Source of the DNA: Halodesulfurarchaeum sp.
GTDB lineage: Archaea > Halobacteriota > Halobacteria > Halobacteriales > Halobacteriaceae
NCBI GenBank assembly: GCA_042216015.1
Contig: JBDGUI010000015.1
Span: 30,613 to 94,612, forward strand
Length of the DNA: 64,000 nt
Direction of reading: 5' to 3'
The position numbers and the translations under genes were made by a program. The notes beneath the pieces are model-generated. The model saw only the letters and a list, made by a program, of their open reading frames with translations, did no database searches and had not been told where the DNA came from. This document shows, piece after piece, positions 47,489 through 57,633 of the stretch (within the stretch, counting starts at the first letter, position 1; every line of letters begins with the position of its first letter).

Positions 47489-49588
47489 ATGGACCCGAAG
47501 CGGGAAGTCACGAGCGTCGGATTGGTCGCCCTGGTGGGGGAACTGGGGGCCTACACCGGCGCAACCGTCGATAAGGCCTATCTCTATCCGGACGATCTCG
47601 TCCGTCTCAAGATGCGGGACTACGACCGGGGCCGGATCGAGTTGCTGGTGCAGGTTGGGGAGACGAAACGCGCCCACGTCACCGAGCCGGAGTTCGTTCC
47701 CCCCGCTCCGGACCGACCGCCGAACTTCGCGAAGATGCTCCGGAACCGCATCGCCGGGGCCGATTTCGCTCGCGTCTCTCAGCACGGTTTCGATCGCATC
47801 CTCGAGTTCGAGTTCCGCCGTGGCGACGAGGACACCACGGTCGTCGCGGAACTCTTCGGCGAGGGGAACCTCGCGGTGCTCGACGAGAGCGGCACGGTCG
47901 TCGACTCCCTCTCGACCGTGCGCCTCCAGTCCCGGACCGTCGCGCCGGGCGCCCAGTACGGCTTCCCCGAGAGCCGAATCAACCCGCTCGACATGGATGC
48001 CGAGGCGTTTCGTACCGCGATGGCCGAGTCCGATACCGACCTCGTCCGGACCCTCGCCACCCAGCTCAATCTCGGGGGCACCTACGCCGAGGAACTCTGC
48101 ACGCGGGCGGGCGTCGAGAAGACGAAGACCATCACCGAGGCAGACGAGTCGGATTTCGCCCCCCTCTATGCCGAGATGCGTGACCTGCTCGACCGGCTTC
48201 GTGAGGGCAACACCAATCCACGGGTGTACCGGGAGGACGGGGATCCGGTCGACGTGACCCCGGTCCCGCTCGAGGAGTACGCCCACCTCGAGAGCGAGGC
48301 CTTCGACTCGTTCAACGAGGCCCTCGATTCCTACTTTCGCTCCCTCGCCGAGGTAGCAAGCGAGCCGGCGACGGGCAGTGACTCGGCTGGCCCCGACTTC
48401 GACGCCGAAATCGAGCGCCGGGAGCGGATCATCGAACAGCAGCAACGGGCCATCGAGGACTTCGAGGCTGAGGCCGAGGTGGAGCGGGAAAAGGCCGAAC
48501 TGCTCTATGCGAACTACGAACTGGTCGACGAGATTCTCGAGACGGTCAGGGAGGCCCGATCGGCCGGCCATTCGTGGACTGACATCGAGGAGCGACTGGC
48601 GGAAGGGGCCGACCAGGGAATCGAGGCCGCAGAGGCGGTCACCGGAATCGACGAATCAGAGGGCCGTATCCGAGTCGAGATCGAAGGGCGGGAGATCTCC
48701 CTCGATCCGCACTCGGGGGTCGAGAAGAACGCCGACCGGCTGTACACCGGTGCCAAGGAGATCGAGGCGAAGCGGGAGGGCGCCCTCGAAGCCATCGAGG
48801 ACACCCGGGCCGAACTCGCCTCGCTCGAAAAACGCCGGGAGGAGTTCATCGAGGGAGAGAGTGACGAGAAGGTAGAAACGACGGAGGAAAAAGAATCCAC
48901 GGACTGGCTCGCCCGGAAATCCGTTCCGATCCGGAAGCCCGAGAAGTGGTACGACCGCTTTCGCTGGTTCCGGACGAGCGACGGCTTCCTGGTTCTCGGT
49001 GGGCGAAACGCCGATCAGAACGAGGAGCTGGTCGAGAAGTACATGGAGCACGCCGATCGGTTCTTCCACACCCAGGCCCACGGCGGCCCGGCGACGATCC
49101 TCAAGACGAGCGACCCGAGCGAGCCCACGACGGACATCGAGGTCCCCGAACGGAGTCTCGAGGAGGCCGCACAGTTCGCCGTGACCTTCTCGACGGTCTG
49201 GAAGGACGGGCGGTACAGCGGCGACGTCTATATGGTCGAAGGCGATCAGGTCTCGAAGACCCCCGAGAGCGGCGAATACCTCGAGAAGGGTGGCTTTGCC
49301 ATCAGGGGCGACCGGACCTACTTCGAGGACACGCCCGTCGGGGCCGCCGTGGGCATCGCCTGCGAGCCGGAAACCCGGGTCGTCGGCGGCCCGCCCGAGC
49401 CGATCGAGGCCCAGGCCGAGACGTCGATCCGGATCGAACCGGGTCGTTACGCCCAGGGCGACGTGGCAAAGCGGCTCTATCGCGAGTTCCGCGAGCGCTT
49501 CGCGGACACCACGTTCGTCCGGAAGGTCGCCAGTCCGGACGAGATCCAGAAGTTCATGCCGCCCGGGACGAGCCGGATCAGTGAGTAG
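47489..49588 (+). CDS. rqcH: Ribosome rescue protein RqcH (NFACT/Rqc2)
   Basis: FDRI, ELFGEGN, coiled coil, WYDRFRWF, GGRNA.QNE, QVSKTPESGEYL.KG.F.IRG; alternative ATG at 47420. Confidence 0.95.
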   Translation: MDPKREVTSVGLVALVGELGAYTGATVDKAYLYPDDLVRLKMRDYDRGRIELLVQVGETKRAHVTEPEFVPPAPDRPPNFAKMLRNRIAGADFARVSQHGFDRILEFEFRRGDEDTTVVAELFGEGNLAVLDESGTVVDSLSTVRLQSRTVAPGAQYGFPESRINPLDMDAEAFRTAMAESDTDLVRTLATQLNLGGTYAEELCTRAGVEKTKTITEADESDFAPLYAEMRDLLDRLREGNTNPRVYREDGDPVDVTPVPLEEYAHLESEAFDSFNEALDSYFRSLAEVASEPATGSDSAGPDFDAEIERRERIIEQQQRAIEDFEAEAEVEREKAELLYANYELVDEILETVREARSAGHSWTDIEERLAEGADQGIEAAEAVTGIDESEGRIRVEIEGREISLDPHSGVEKNADRLYTGAKEIEAKREGALEAIEDTRAELASLEKRREEFIEGESDEKVETTEEKESTDWLARKSVPIRKPEKWYDRFRWFRTSDGFLVLGGRNADQNEELVEKYMEHADRFFHTQAHGGPATILKTSDPSEPTTDIEVPERSLEEAAQFAVTFSTVWKDGRYSGDVYMVEGDQVSKTPESGEYLEKGGFAIRGDRTYFEDTPVGAAVGIACEPETRVVGGPPEPIEAQAETSIRIEPGRYAQGDVAKRLYREFRERFADTTFVRKVASPDEIQKFMPPGTSRISE

Positions 49589-49594
49589 GAGGGC

Positions 49595-49656
49595 GATTCT
49601 GCGAGTGAGAGGGGGAATCGGGAGTGAAGGGATTCTGCGAGTGAGAAGGGGAATCG
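49595..49656 (+). repeat. 26-bp direct repeat x2 (period 36) between rqcH and pelota
   Basis: GATTCTGCGAGTGAGA(G/A)GGGGAATCG at 49595 and 49631. Confidence 0.88.
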
Positions 49657-49684
49657 ACTTAGGCGAACACGAGGAAGTCCCAGT

Positions 49685-50749
49685 ATGCACGTCAGGGAGT
49701 GGTCGACGCGGGAGGGCGGTCGCGAGGCGGTCAGCCTCGTCCCCGAGAGTCTCGACGACCTCTGGCATCTCACCTACGTCATCGAGCCCGGCGATTTCGT
49801 CTCCGGTGACACCCACCGCCGCATCCAGCGAAAAGAGGACAACATGCGGGACACCGGCGGCGAGCGCGAACACATGCATGTCACCCTCGCCGTCGAGGAC
49901 GTCGAGTTCCACAAGTTCTCCAACCGCCTCCGAGTCGGGGGGACCATCGAGGACTGCTCCCGCGAGGACCAGCTTGGCCTTCATCACACCCTCAACGTCG
50001 AGGAACACGACACGATCGAGATCGAGAAGATCTGGAAGCCCGATCAACGGGAGCGAATCGAGGAGGCCGAAGCGGCCACTGACCAGCCCACCGTCGCCAT
50101 CGCGACCGTCGGCGAGGGCGAAGCCCACGTTCACACGGTCGCCCAGTACGGCGTCGACGAGTACGTCTCGCTGACGAAGACGACCGGCAAGGGCGAGTAC
50201 ACGGCCGGCCGCGAGGAACTCTTCGAGGAACTCGCCGACGCGCTGGGTCATCTCGACACGGACGCCGTCATCCTCGCTGGACCGGGGTTCACCAAGCAGG
50301 ACGCCCTCGAGCACATCGAGGCCAATCCGGAGATCACCGAGAGCGTCACGGTCGTCGACACCAGCGCAGTCGGTGGCCGGGGCGTCCACGAGGTACTCAA
50401 GCGGGGCGCCGTCGCCGACGTGCGCCGGGAAACCCGCATCGCCGAGGAAAGCGCAGCAATCGACGAATTGACCGAGCGAATGGCCGGCGACGGAGCAGCA
50501 GCCTACGGCATCGACGCCGTCGCCCAGGCGACCGAATACGGGGCCGTCGAGCAGCTCCTCATTCTCGACGAGCGACTCCGGCTGGAGCGGGCGGGGGAGG
50601 GCGACTGGGACCTGGACGCGAACGAGCTAATCCAACAGGTCGAGAACCAGGGCGGTGAGATCACCGTCTTCTCGCACGAGTTCGATCCGGGAAAGCAGCT
50701 CCGGAATCTGGGGGGTGTGGCGGCGCTGTTGCGGTATCCGATCGAGTGA
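49685..50749 (+). CDS. pelA: mRNA surveillance protein pelota
   Basis: [40 protein letters not shown]. Confidence 0.96.
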   Translation: MHVREWSTREGGREAVSLVPESLDDLWHLTYVIEPGDFVSGDTHRRIQRKEDNMRDTGGEREHMHVTLAVEDVEFHKFSNRLRVGGTIEDCSREDQLGLHHTLNVEEHDTIEIEKIWKPDQRERIEEAEAATDQPTVAIATVGEGEAHVHTVAQYGVDEYVSLTKTTGKGEYTAGREELFEELADALGHLDTDAVILAGPGFTKQDALEHIEANPEITESVTVVDTSAVGGRGVHEVLKRGAVADVRRETRIAEESAAIDELTERMAGDGAAAYGIDAVAQATEYGAVEQLLILDERLRLERAGEGDWDLDANELIQQVENQGGEITVFSHEFDPGKQLRNLGGVAALLRYPIE

Positions 50750-50776
50750 TCGACAGGCGAGAGATTCCTGGGGAGA

Positions 50777-51508
50777 TCAGAGCCCGACCTGCATCCCGTC
50801 CTCGGCCACCAGCACCTCGCCCTCGAAGCGGGACTCGATCGTCTCGACCATCCCGGCATGCTTGCCATCGGTGTGGGGGTAAAGATGCGTGAGATAGACC
50901 CGGTCGAGATCGGCGCTCTCGAGGACGCGGGCCAGCTTGCTCGGGTTCGTGTGGGTGTCACTCTCCACGTCGTCCGGGAAGGAACAATCGTGGACCAGCA
51001 CCGATCCGACCTCGGCGAAGTCGACGAGTGCCTGGAACTCCTGAGTGTCCCCCGAGATGGTGAGTCGATCGTCGAACCGGTAGGCAAAGCCCGCCATCGA
51101 GTGGCGATTCGCCATGGCGGTGACGTCGAATCCGGCGACGGTGGCCTGGCCCTCCTCGAGTTCCCTGACGGCAATCGACATCCGGCCCCGGAGGTAGTCG
51201 TGGACGTCGAGCAGCCCCTCCACGAGCGCCTCCGTTCCCCGAGGACCGACCACTGTGAGCGAGGACTCGCCGGCCAGCCACCGGGCTTTGTACAGGGACA
51301 TGAGATCGGCGACGTGATCGAGGTGATGGTGGGTCAGAAGGACCGTCTCGACGCCCTCGTACCCGGCTCCGGTGGCCGCGAGCCTGTTGAGGACGCCGCT
51401 CCCGACGTCGACGAGGAGTCGTCGATCGTCCGACGTGAGGAGCACGCCGGACTGAACCCTGTCGGCCGTCGGCATCGCGGAGCCGGTGCCGAGGAAGGTC
51501 AAGTGCAT
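50777..51508 (-). CDS. MBL-fold metallohydrolase (RNase Z-like)
   Basis: FLGTGS, THHHLDH, SGDT, LTHLYP; start ATG 51508. Confidence 0.9.
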   Translation of the reverse strand: MHLTFLGTGSAMPTADRVQSGVLLTSDDRRLLVDVGSGVLNRLAATGAGYEGVETVLLTHHHLDHVADLMSLYKARWLAGESSLTVVGPRGTEALVEGLLDVHDYLRGRMSIAVRELEEGQATVAGFDVTAMANRHSMAGFAYRFDDRLTISGDTQEFQALVDFAEVGSVLVHDCSFPDDVESDTHTNPSKLARVLESADLDRVYLTHLYPHTDGKHAGMVETIESRFEGEVLVAEDGMQVGL

Positions 51509-51641
51509 GGCGGTGGTCGGGATCGATCGGAGAAAACGGTTGTGGCCGGAGATACAGGATCCAGAGGCCTGCCCCGGGCGGCCGTTCGTGGAGACCGTCG
51601 GCCAACAGCTACAACCCCCCGGACGTTCTACCCGGTAGCGA

Positions 51642-54332
51642 ATGGGTACGGAGACGCCCGCGACGGTCCCCGATCCCGGGTCGGTCCCCGACAGTGACCT
51701 CCTCGAAATACTCGAACCGGCCGTCCGGGAGTGGTGGATCGAGCAGTTCGGCGAGTTCGTCCCTGACAATGGGGGCTACTTCACTCCGCCCCAGCGCGAG
51801 GCGATCCCCCACATCGCCGGGGGCGATCACACGCTCATCGCGAGCCCCACCGGGTCCGGCAAGACTCTGGCCAGCTTCACCGCGATCATCAACGAACTCT
51901 TCGTTCGGGAGCGATCCGAGGGGCTCGAGAACACCGTCTACTGCCTCTACGTCTCGCCGCTGAAGTCCCTCGCGAACGACATCCACCGAAACCTCGAGGG
52001 CCCCCTCGACGGGATCTGCGAGCGCCTCGAGGATCGCGGCGAGGAAGTCGAGGAGATCCGCCACGCGATCAGGCACGGCGACACGGACACCTCGACCAGG
52101 CAGGCGATGCTCGAGGAGACCCCACACATCCTCAACACGACCCCGGAGACCCTCGCCATCCTGCTCAACTCCCCCAAGTTCAGGGAGAAACTCCGGACCG
52201 TCGAGTACGTCATCGTCGACGAGATTCACAGCCTCGCCGACAACAAGCGGGGAACACACCTCGCGGTGAGTCTGGAGCGGCTCGCGGCCCTGGCCGAGAC
52301 GGAGCCGACCCGGATCGGGTGCTCGGCCACGGTGGAGCCCCTCGATGAGATCGGCGCGTTTCTCGGCGGACGCGAGAATGGCTCGCCCCGAGAGGTCGAA
52401 CAGGTCGATACGCGATTCATGCGGGAGTACGACATCGAACTCGTGACGCCGGCCGCGGACCTGATCGAGACCCCGCGGTCGGTCATCCAGGAGCGCTTCT
52501 ACGACCAGCTCTCCTCGTTGATCGAATCCCACGACAGCACCCTCGTGTTCACGAACACCCGCTCCGGGGCCGAACGGGTGCTCGAGAACCTCCGGGAGCG
52601 TGGTGACGTCGCGGAGGAGAGTTCGGGCGCCCATCACGGCTCGCTCTCAAAGGATCGGCGCCAGGCGGTCGAACGGGAATTGAAAGACGGGACACTCGAC
52701 GTGGTGACGACCTCGACGAGCCTCGAGCTGGGAATCGACATGCCACACATCGACCTGGTCGTTCAGGTCGGCTCCCCGAAGTCCGTCGCCGCGCTCCTCC
52801 AGCGGGTCGGACGGGCCGGCCACCAGCTCGGGGAGACCGTCACCGGTCGGGTGTTCGCCCTCGACCTCGACGAGCTGATCGAATGTGCGGTCATGCTCGA
52901 CCGGGCCGAGGACGGGTTCGTCGATCGGGTCCACATCCCCGAGCGGGCCCAGGACGTCGCCGCCCAGCAGGTCTACGGGATGGCGATCAACGGTCCCCGA
53001 CCGCTCGCGGAGGTGGAATCGATCCTGCGAGGGGCCCATCCATATCGGGACTACACGGACGCCGAATTCGACCAGTTGCTCCGCTACCTCCGGGCGGACT
53101 ACGAGGGCATGGAGGACCGCAACGTCTACGCGAAGATCTGGGTCGACGAGAACGACCCACCCGAGGGCGACCACCATTACCCCAACTACCCGGTCGGCGA
53201 GCGGTTGATCGGCAAGCGCGGTCGGCTCGCCCGGATGATCTACATGACGAACGTGGGGACGATTCCGGACTCGTTTTCCTGCAACGTCTTCGTCCGGGGC
53301 GAGGACCAGTGGGTCGGCGACCTCGACGAGGATTACCTCGACACCCTCGCCTCGGGGGACGTCTTCGTTCTCGGCGGGCAGAAATACGAGTTCCGCTACC
53401 GCCGCGGATCGAAGGTCTACGTCGATCGGACGAGCGAGCGGGCGACGGTCCCCTCGTGGTACTCCGAGCGCCTGCCCCGCTCGTTCGACCTCGGGGTCGA
53501 AATCGCGGCGTTTCAGGAACGCCTCCTCGACGTCGCCGAGGGCGGAATGGCCGGGCTTCGCTCTCGCCTCCGCGAGTTGCCCATCGACGAAAACAGCGTT
53601 CGGGCCCTCGCCCGCATGATCGACCGACAGCTCGCCTTCGCCGGCCCCGAGAGCGTGAGCACCACCGATCGGATGGTGATCGAACACGTCACCGACCACG
53701 AGGACTACCGGCGTCGGTACTACGTCCGGTCGCCGTACGGGCGTCGGTTCAACGACGGGCTCTCGCGGATCCTCGCCCACCAGATCGCCGTCGAGGCCAC
53801 CGCGAACGTGACGATCGCCGTGAGCGACTCGGGATTCACGCTCTCGATGCCGCTGAACCGGAAGGTCGATGTGGAGGGAGTGCTCGAATCGACGACCCCC
53901 GAGGAGGCCCGTCACCTCCTCGAATCGAGTCTCGACGGAACCGATCTCAGGGAGCGATACTTCCGGATCAACGCCACGCGCTCGCTGATGATTCTCAAGC
54001 GGTACAAGGGCCACGAGAAGAGCGCTAGCCGACAGCAGGTCTCTGCGGAGATGTTGCTCGGCTTCGCGGAGGACCTCGAGGATTTCGCCGTGCTCACAGA
54101 GACCCACCGGGAGATCGTCGAGGACAAACTCGACCTCGCCGGGATCGAGCGGATCCTCGGGGGGATCCAGGACGGGTCGATCGCCGTCGAGAGCCACACG
54201 CTCGACTCGCCCAGCCCGCTCTCGTTCGGACTCGCCACGCTCTCTGCCAGCGACGTCGTCCTCGCCGAGGACGAGGACGCCGTGCTCCGGGAGTTCCACG
54301 AGCGGGTCACCGAGGCGATCGAAGGGGAGTGA
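51642..54332 (+). CDS. lhr: Lhr-like SF2 ATP-dependent helicase
   Basis: SPTGSGKT, SPLKSL.ND, TTPE, DEIH, SAT, HHGS, SLELGID, QRVGRAGH, GTIPD. Confidence 0.93.
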   Translation: MGTETPATVPDPGSVPDSDLLEILEPAVREWWIEQFGEFVPDNGGYFTPPQREAIPHIAGGDHTLIASPTGSGKTLASFTAIINELFVRERSEGLENTVYCLYVSPLKSLANDIHRNLEGPLDGICERLEDRGEEVEEIRHAIRHGDTDTSTRQAMLEETPHILNTTPETLAILLNSPKFREKLRTVEYVIVDEIHSLADNKRGTHLAVSLERLAALAETEPTRIGCSATVEPLDEIGAFLGGRENGSPREVEQVDTRFMREYDIELVTPAADLIETPRSVIQERFYDQLSSLIESHDSTLVFTNTRSGAERVLENLRERGDVAEESSGAHHGSLSKDRRQAVERELKDGTLDVVTTSTSLELGIDMPHIDLVVQVGSPKSVAALLQRVGRAGHQLGETVTGRVFALDLDELIECAVMLDRAEDGFVDRVHIPERAQDVAAQQVYGMAINGPRPLAEVESILRGAHPYRDYTDAEFDQLLRYLRADYEGMEDRNVYAKIWVDENDPPEGDHHYPNYPVGERLIGKRGRLARMIYMTNVGTIPDSFSCNVFVRGEDQWVGDLDEDYLDTLASGDVFVLGGQKYEFRYRRGSKVYVDRTSERATVPSWYSERLPRSFDLGVEIAAFQERLLDVAEGGMAGLRSRLRELPIDENSVRALARMIDRQLAFAGPESVSTTDRMVIEHVTDHEDYRRRYYVRSPYGRRFNDGLSRILAHQIAVEATANVTIAVSDSGFTLSMPLNRKVDVEGVLESTTPEEARHLLESSLDGTDLRERYFRINATRSLMILKRYKGHEKSASRQQVSAEMLLGFAEDLEDFAVLTETHREIVEDKLDLAGIERILGGIQDGSIAVESHTLDSPSPLSFGLATLSASDVVLAEDEDAVLREFHERVTEAIEGE

Positions 54333-54333
54333 A

Positions 54334-55161
54334 CTAGCTCAGATCAGCCCGTCGGAATCGCCGGTATCCGAACACGAGCGGAAGGATCGTCCAGAGGACC
54401 AGAATCCCGAGGAAGAACGGGGCGTCGAGATACGCCGGGACCTCCCCTCCCAGCCGGGCCGCGAGCGCGGCGTCCGTGTCCACGAGCACGCGCTGGACGA
54501 GGGTGTTGTACGCCCCCGAGGGACTGGCCCGCTGGAGCAACAGAAACCAACCGGGAACGGTCGCCCCGGGCATCGACCCGGCGACCACCAGGTGGACGCC
54601 CTGGGGCACCATGTCCCAGAGCAGGGTCAAGACGAGGTAGGCCGCGACCGCGAGGGTCATCGCCCGGGAGCGGACCGCGGTGGTGGCCGAAATTCCCACC
54701 GCGATTCCGACGAAACAGATCCCGAGCGCCGCGGAGAGGAGTGTCACGCCGACGAAGTCGAGGACCGGAACCACCCCGTAGAGTGCACGGGTAATGACTC
54801 CCGAAATCGCGAATCCTGCGCCGACGCCGATTCCAACGACGCCGGCCCGTCCGAGGAACTTCCCGAGCAGAACCTCGCCGCGAGAGGGGGGAAGGCCCAG
54901 CAAGATCTTCAGGCTCCCGGACTCGCGTTCGCCGGCGATCGCGAGGTAGCCGGCGATCAGTGCCATGATCGGCACCAGCATGGCCGCGAACTGGGAAGCC
55001 GCACCGATGGCCGAAACGGGGTCGCCGGAGACGCCCGGAACGAGCACCATGACCCCGGCTGCGAGCGAGGTCATCGCCGCGATGAGGACGACGATGGCCC
55101 AGAGCATCCGCGAGCGGAGTGCGTCCTCGAATTCCTTCCGGGCGATGACGAGCCAGGTCAT
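54334..55161 (-). CDS. ABC-2 type transporter permease (NosY-like)
   Basis: IARKEF.D..RSR, GY.AIAGERESGSLK.LL..P.SR; start ATG 55161. Confidence 0.9.
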   Translation of the reverse strand: MTWLVIARKEFEDALRSRMLWAIVVLIAAMTSLAAGVMVLVPGVSGDPVSAIGAASQFAAMLVPIMALIAGYLAIAGERESGSLKILLGLPPSRGEVLLGKFLGRAGVVGIGVGAGFAISGVITRALYGVVPVLDFVGVTLLSAALGICFVGIAVGISATTAVRSRAMTLAVAAYLVLTLLWDMVPQGVHLVVAGSMPGATVPGWFLLLQRASPSGAYNTLVQRVLVDTDAALAARLGGEVPAYLDAPFFLGILVLWTILPLVFGYRRFRRADLS

Positions 55162-56119
55162 CGCCCACCCCCGACGCGTCGCTCCCTGACCGAGTCCGCC
55201 CGGTCGTGGCGGTAAAGAGGTCCTCCAGCGACGCGTCGTCGGTCGAGATGTCCAGAAGCGTCCCACCCGACTCCCGAACCCGGTCGATGACGGCGATCTT
55301 CGCCTCGGGATCGAGGATTTTCACTTCGATCTGCCGGTCGTCGATCGTCGCGGCACCGATCCCCACCAACTCACCGAGGGAGAGGTCGGGCGGCACCTCG
55401 TCGACGGTGAGCGTCATCGTCGATCCCGTTCCGAGGGACTCCCTGAGCCCGTCGATGGAATCGATCGCCACCAGCTGGCCCGAGTCGAGGATCGCCACCC
55501 GATCACAGACCGCCTCGACCTGGCTGAGAATGTGGCTCGAGAAGAAGACCGTCTTTCCGCGGTCTGCGTGATCGCGGGCGATCTCTCTCACCAGCCTGAC
55601 GCCGTTCGGATCCAGCCCCGAGGAAGGTTCGTCGAGAATGAGGAGGTCCGGGTCCCCCACCAGGGCAATCCCGAGAGCAAGCCGCTGGCCCATCCCCTTC
55701 GAGTACCCGCCGGTCTTCCGACGGGCGGCCTCCGCCGCGAGGCCGACGCGCTCGAGCAGTTCGTTGGGATCGTCGTCCGCGCCCTTGAGATCGATCGCGT
55801 ACTCGAGGTGTTCGAGCCCAGTGAGTCGGTCGTAGAGTCCGTATCCGTCCGGGAGAATCCCGACGCGGCGGTGGATTTCCCGTGTCTCCCGCTGGCTATC
55901 CAGACCCAGTACCGTGGCCGTTCCGGCCGTCGGGCGGGCGTAATCCATGAGCACGTCGATGGTCGTCGACTTCCCGGCTCCGTTCGGACCGAGGAAGCCG
56001 AAGATTTCGCCCGCGTGGACCGTGAGATCGAGGTCGTCGACGGCGAGAACGGACGCTCCATAGCGTTTCGTCAACCCGCTGGTCCGGATGGAGACGTCGG
56101 CCCCCTGAGAAGACTCCAT
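55158..56119 (-). CDS. ABC transporter ATP-binding protein (stop apparently lost by a 1-nt frameshift)
   Basis: [31 protein letters not shown]; as sequenced, the frame runs on to 54344. Confidence 0.85.
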
Positions 56120-56336
56120 GGGGGAATCAACAGAAGCGTGCGGGGACCACTCAGAATGGTTAGCTGCTTCAGAACCCATACCGAGGTATTTGGACCTGAC
56201 GGGTTATGTCGGTGTCGGCGACTGACAGGTCTGGGTCGAAATCGGTCGAATTCCATCGTCTCCTGGCGTGTGCGGATCGTTCTCACCGGGTGGGAACAAT
56301 CCACAATCCGATAGCCGTTGGCCACCTACCTTTCGT

Positions 56337-56663
56337 ATGGTTTCAAAGATCACCCTTTTCGAACCGCACTTCGACGGGGCACAGATCGGCCCGGCCAGCC
56401 TCGGAACCGAGGGGACAGACCTGGAACTGGGCGAATCAGCGCGCGAGCATGACAGTGCGACGAGGGAGCCCACGGCGTCCAGTCGACCCCCGCGTGCACG
56501 ACTGCTCGGTGGCGTCGCGGGCGTCACCGTCGGCCTGTTGGCGGGGCTCCTGGCCTGGCGACGCGTCAAGGGCGGCTCGAAAGCCGAGAGCGTGACAGGT
56601 TCCGAGTCGGCGGACGAACCGCGGATCGAGGAGCGACCCGTCGGAAACCTCACCGGGGAGTGA
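56337..56663 (+). CDS. Small membrane-anchored hypothetical protein
   Basis: KITLFEPHFDGAQIGP N-terminus, one TM helix, acidic tail. Confidence 0.65.
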   Translation: MVSKITLFEPHFDGAQIGPASLGTEGTDLELGESAREHDSATREPTASSRPPRARLLGGVAGVTVGLLAGLLAWRRVKGGSKAESVTGSESADEPRIEERPVGNLTGE

Positions 56664-56672
56664 TCCGCATCG

Positions 56673-57083
56673 ATGACGACCAATCGTGGACCGAGTTGGA
56701 AGCGATTCGTTCTCGTCCCGAGTGTGTTTTTCGCGGCGGGACTCCTGATCGGCGGTGCAGTGACCGCCCTGCTCGAACCTCGGATGGCGTTCTCGCTCCT
56801 CCTCGGCATCCCCGCCGGGTTGCTGGCTGGCGTCGTCGCTGCCGGTGCCGTGGCCGTCGGACTCACATCTGAGAATTCCCGGCGGCGACAGATTGGGAGG
56901 GGCATTGCTGGGTTCAGTCTCGCCTTTCTGTCTTCGTTCGCAGCGGCGTTGCTCGCTCTCGACCTGGGTACAGTCGTCTCACTCGGACTGGCGCTCGTCA
57001 TCGGACTGGCCGGGAGCGCGTTCGCGGTCCGCCGCGGTCCGCCCGAGACAGCGGAGCACCCCAGTTCGAAGACGCCGAACTGA
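56673..57083 (+). CDS. Hypothetical membrane protein (4 TM)
   Basis: Four hydrophobic helices; starts 9 nt after the upstream stop. Confidence 0.65.
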   Translation: MTTNRGPSWKRFVLVPSVFFAAGLLIGGAVTALLEPRMAFSLLLGIPAGLLAGVVAAGAVAVGLTSENSRRRQIGRGIAGFSLAFLSSFAAALLALDLGTVVSLGLALVIGLAGSAFAVRRGPPETAEHPSSKTPN

Positions 57084-57167
57084 CACGCGCAGTCGGGTGG
57101 GTCGGGAGTGACCCTTGCTCGCAAACATGTAGCTGTCTTTATTGATTATGGCGACCAAGTTGCCGAA

Positions 57168-57608
57168 ATGGTTCAAACGATGTCATCGACAGTCAGCGCA
57201 CAGTGGTTGGGTATTGCCGCCCTCCTCTATCCCCTCTGCGCCTGGCTCCTCATGGCCGTCCTGGCAGTGCTGAACGGCGGATTCAGGGAGGTCGTGCTCA
57301 TTCCCCGCATCGGGAACTATCCCGGCCACGTGCTCAGCACGGCGATTCTCGTGCTCGCGATTCTCGGCGTTTCGTTTCTGTTCTTCCGGACGATTCCCGT
57401 CGAGTACAGTCAGATTCAGTTGCTCCTCGTCGGTGCGGCCTGGGTCGTCATGACCGTGGGGTTCGAGTTCCTCGTCGGCTACGCCGAAGGGACGCCCGTC
57501 TCGGTGACGCTTGGACAGTACAACGTGCTCGCCGGACAGGTCTGGATCGCCGTTCCAATCACGCTGCTCGTGGCGCCGCTTCTCTTCGGCTGGTATCTCG
57601 CCTCCTGA
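57168..57608 (+). CDS. Hypothetical membrane protein
   Basis: W..MAVLAVLNG.FRE...TVGFEF..G...YNVLAG.VW; 4 TM. Confidence 0.75.
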   Translation: MVQTMSSTVSAQWLGIAALLYPLCAWLLMAVLAVLNGGFREVVLIPRIGNYPGHVLSTAILVLAILGVSFLFFRTIPVEYSQIQLLLVGAAWVVMTVGFEFLVGYAEGTPVSVTLGQYNVLAGQVWIAVPITLLVAPLLFGWYLAS

Positions 57609-57633
57609 ATCAACCATATCTGGTCGAGGCCGA

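Noticed and set aside
54344..56179. 611-aa ATPase-permease fusion
   Set aside because: The extension is out of frame with the permease and is non-hydrophobic; better explained as a lost stop.
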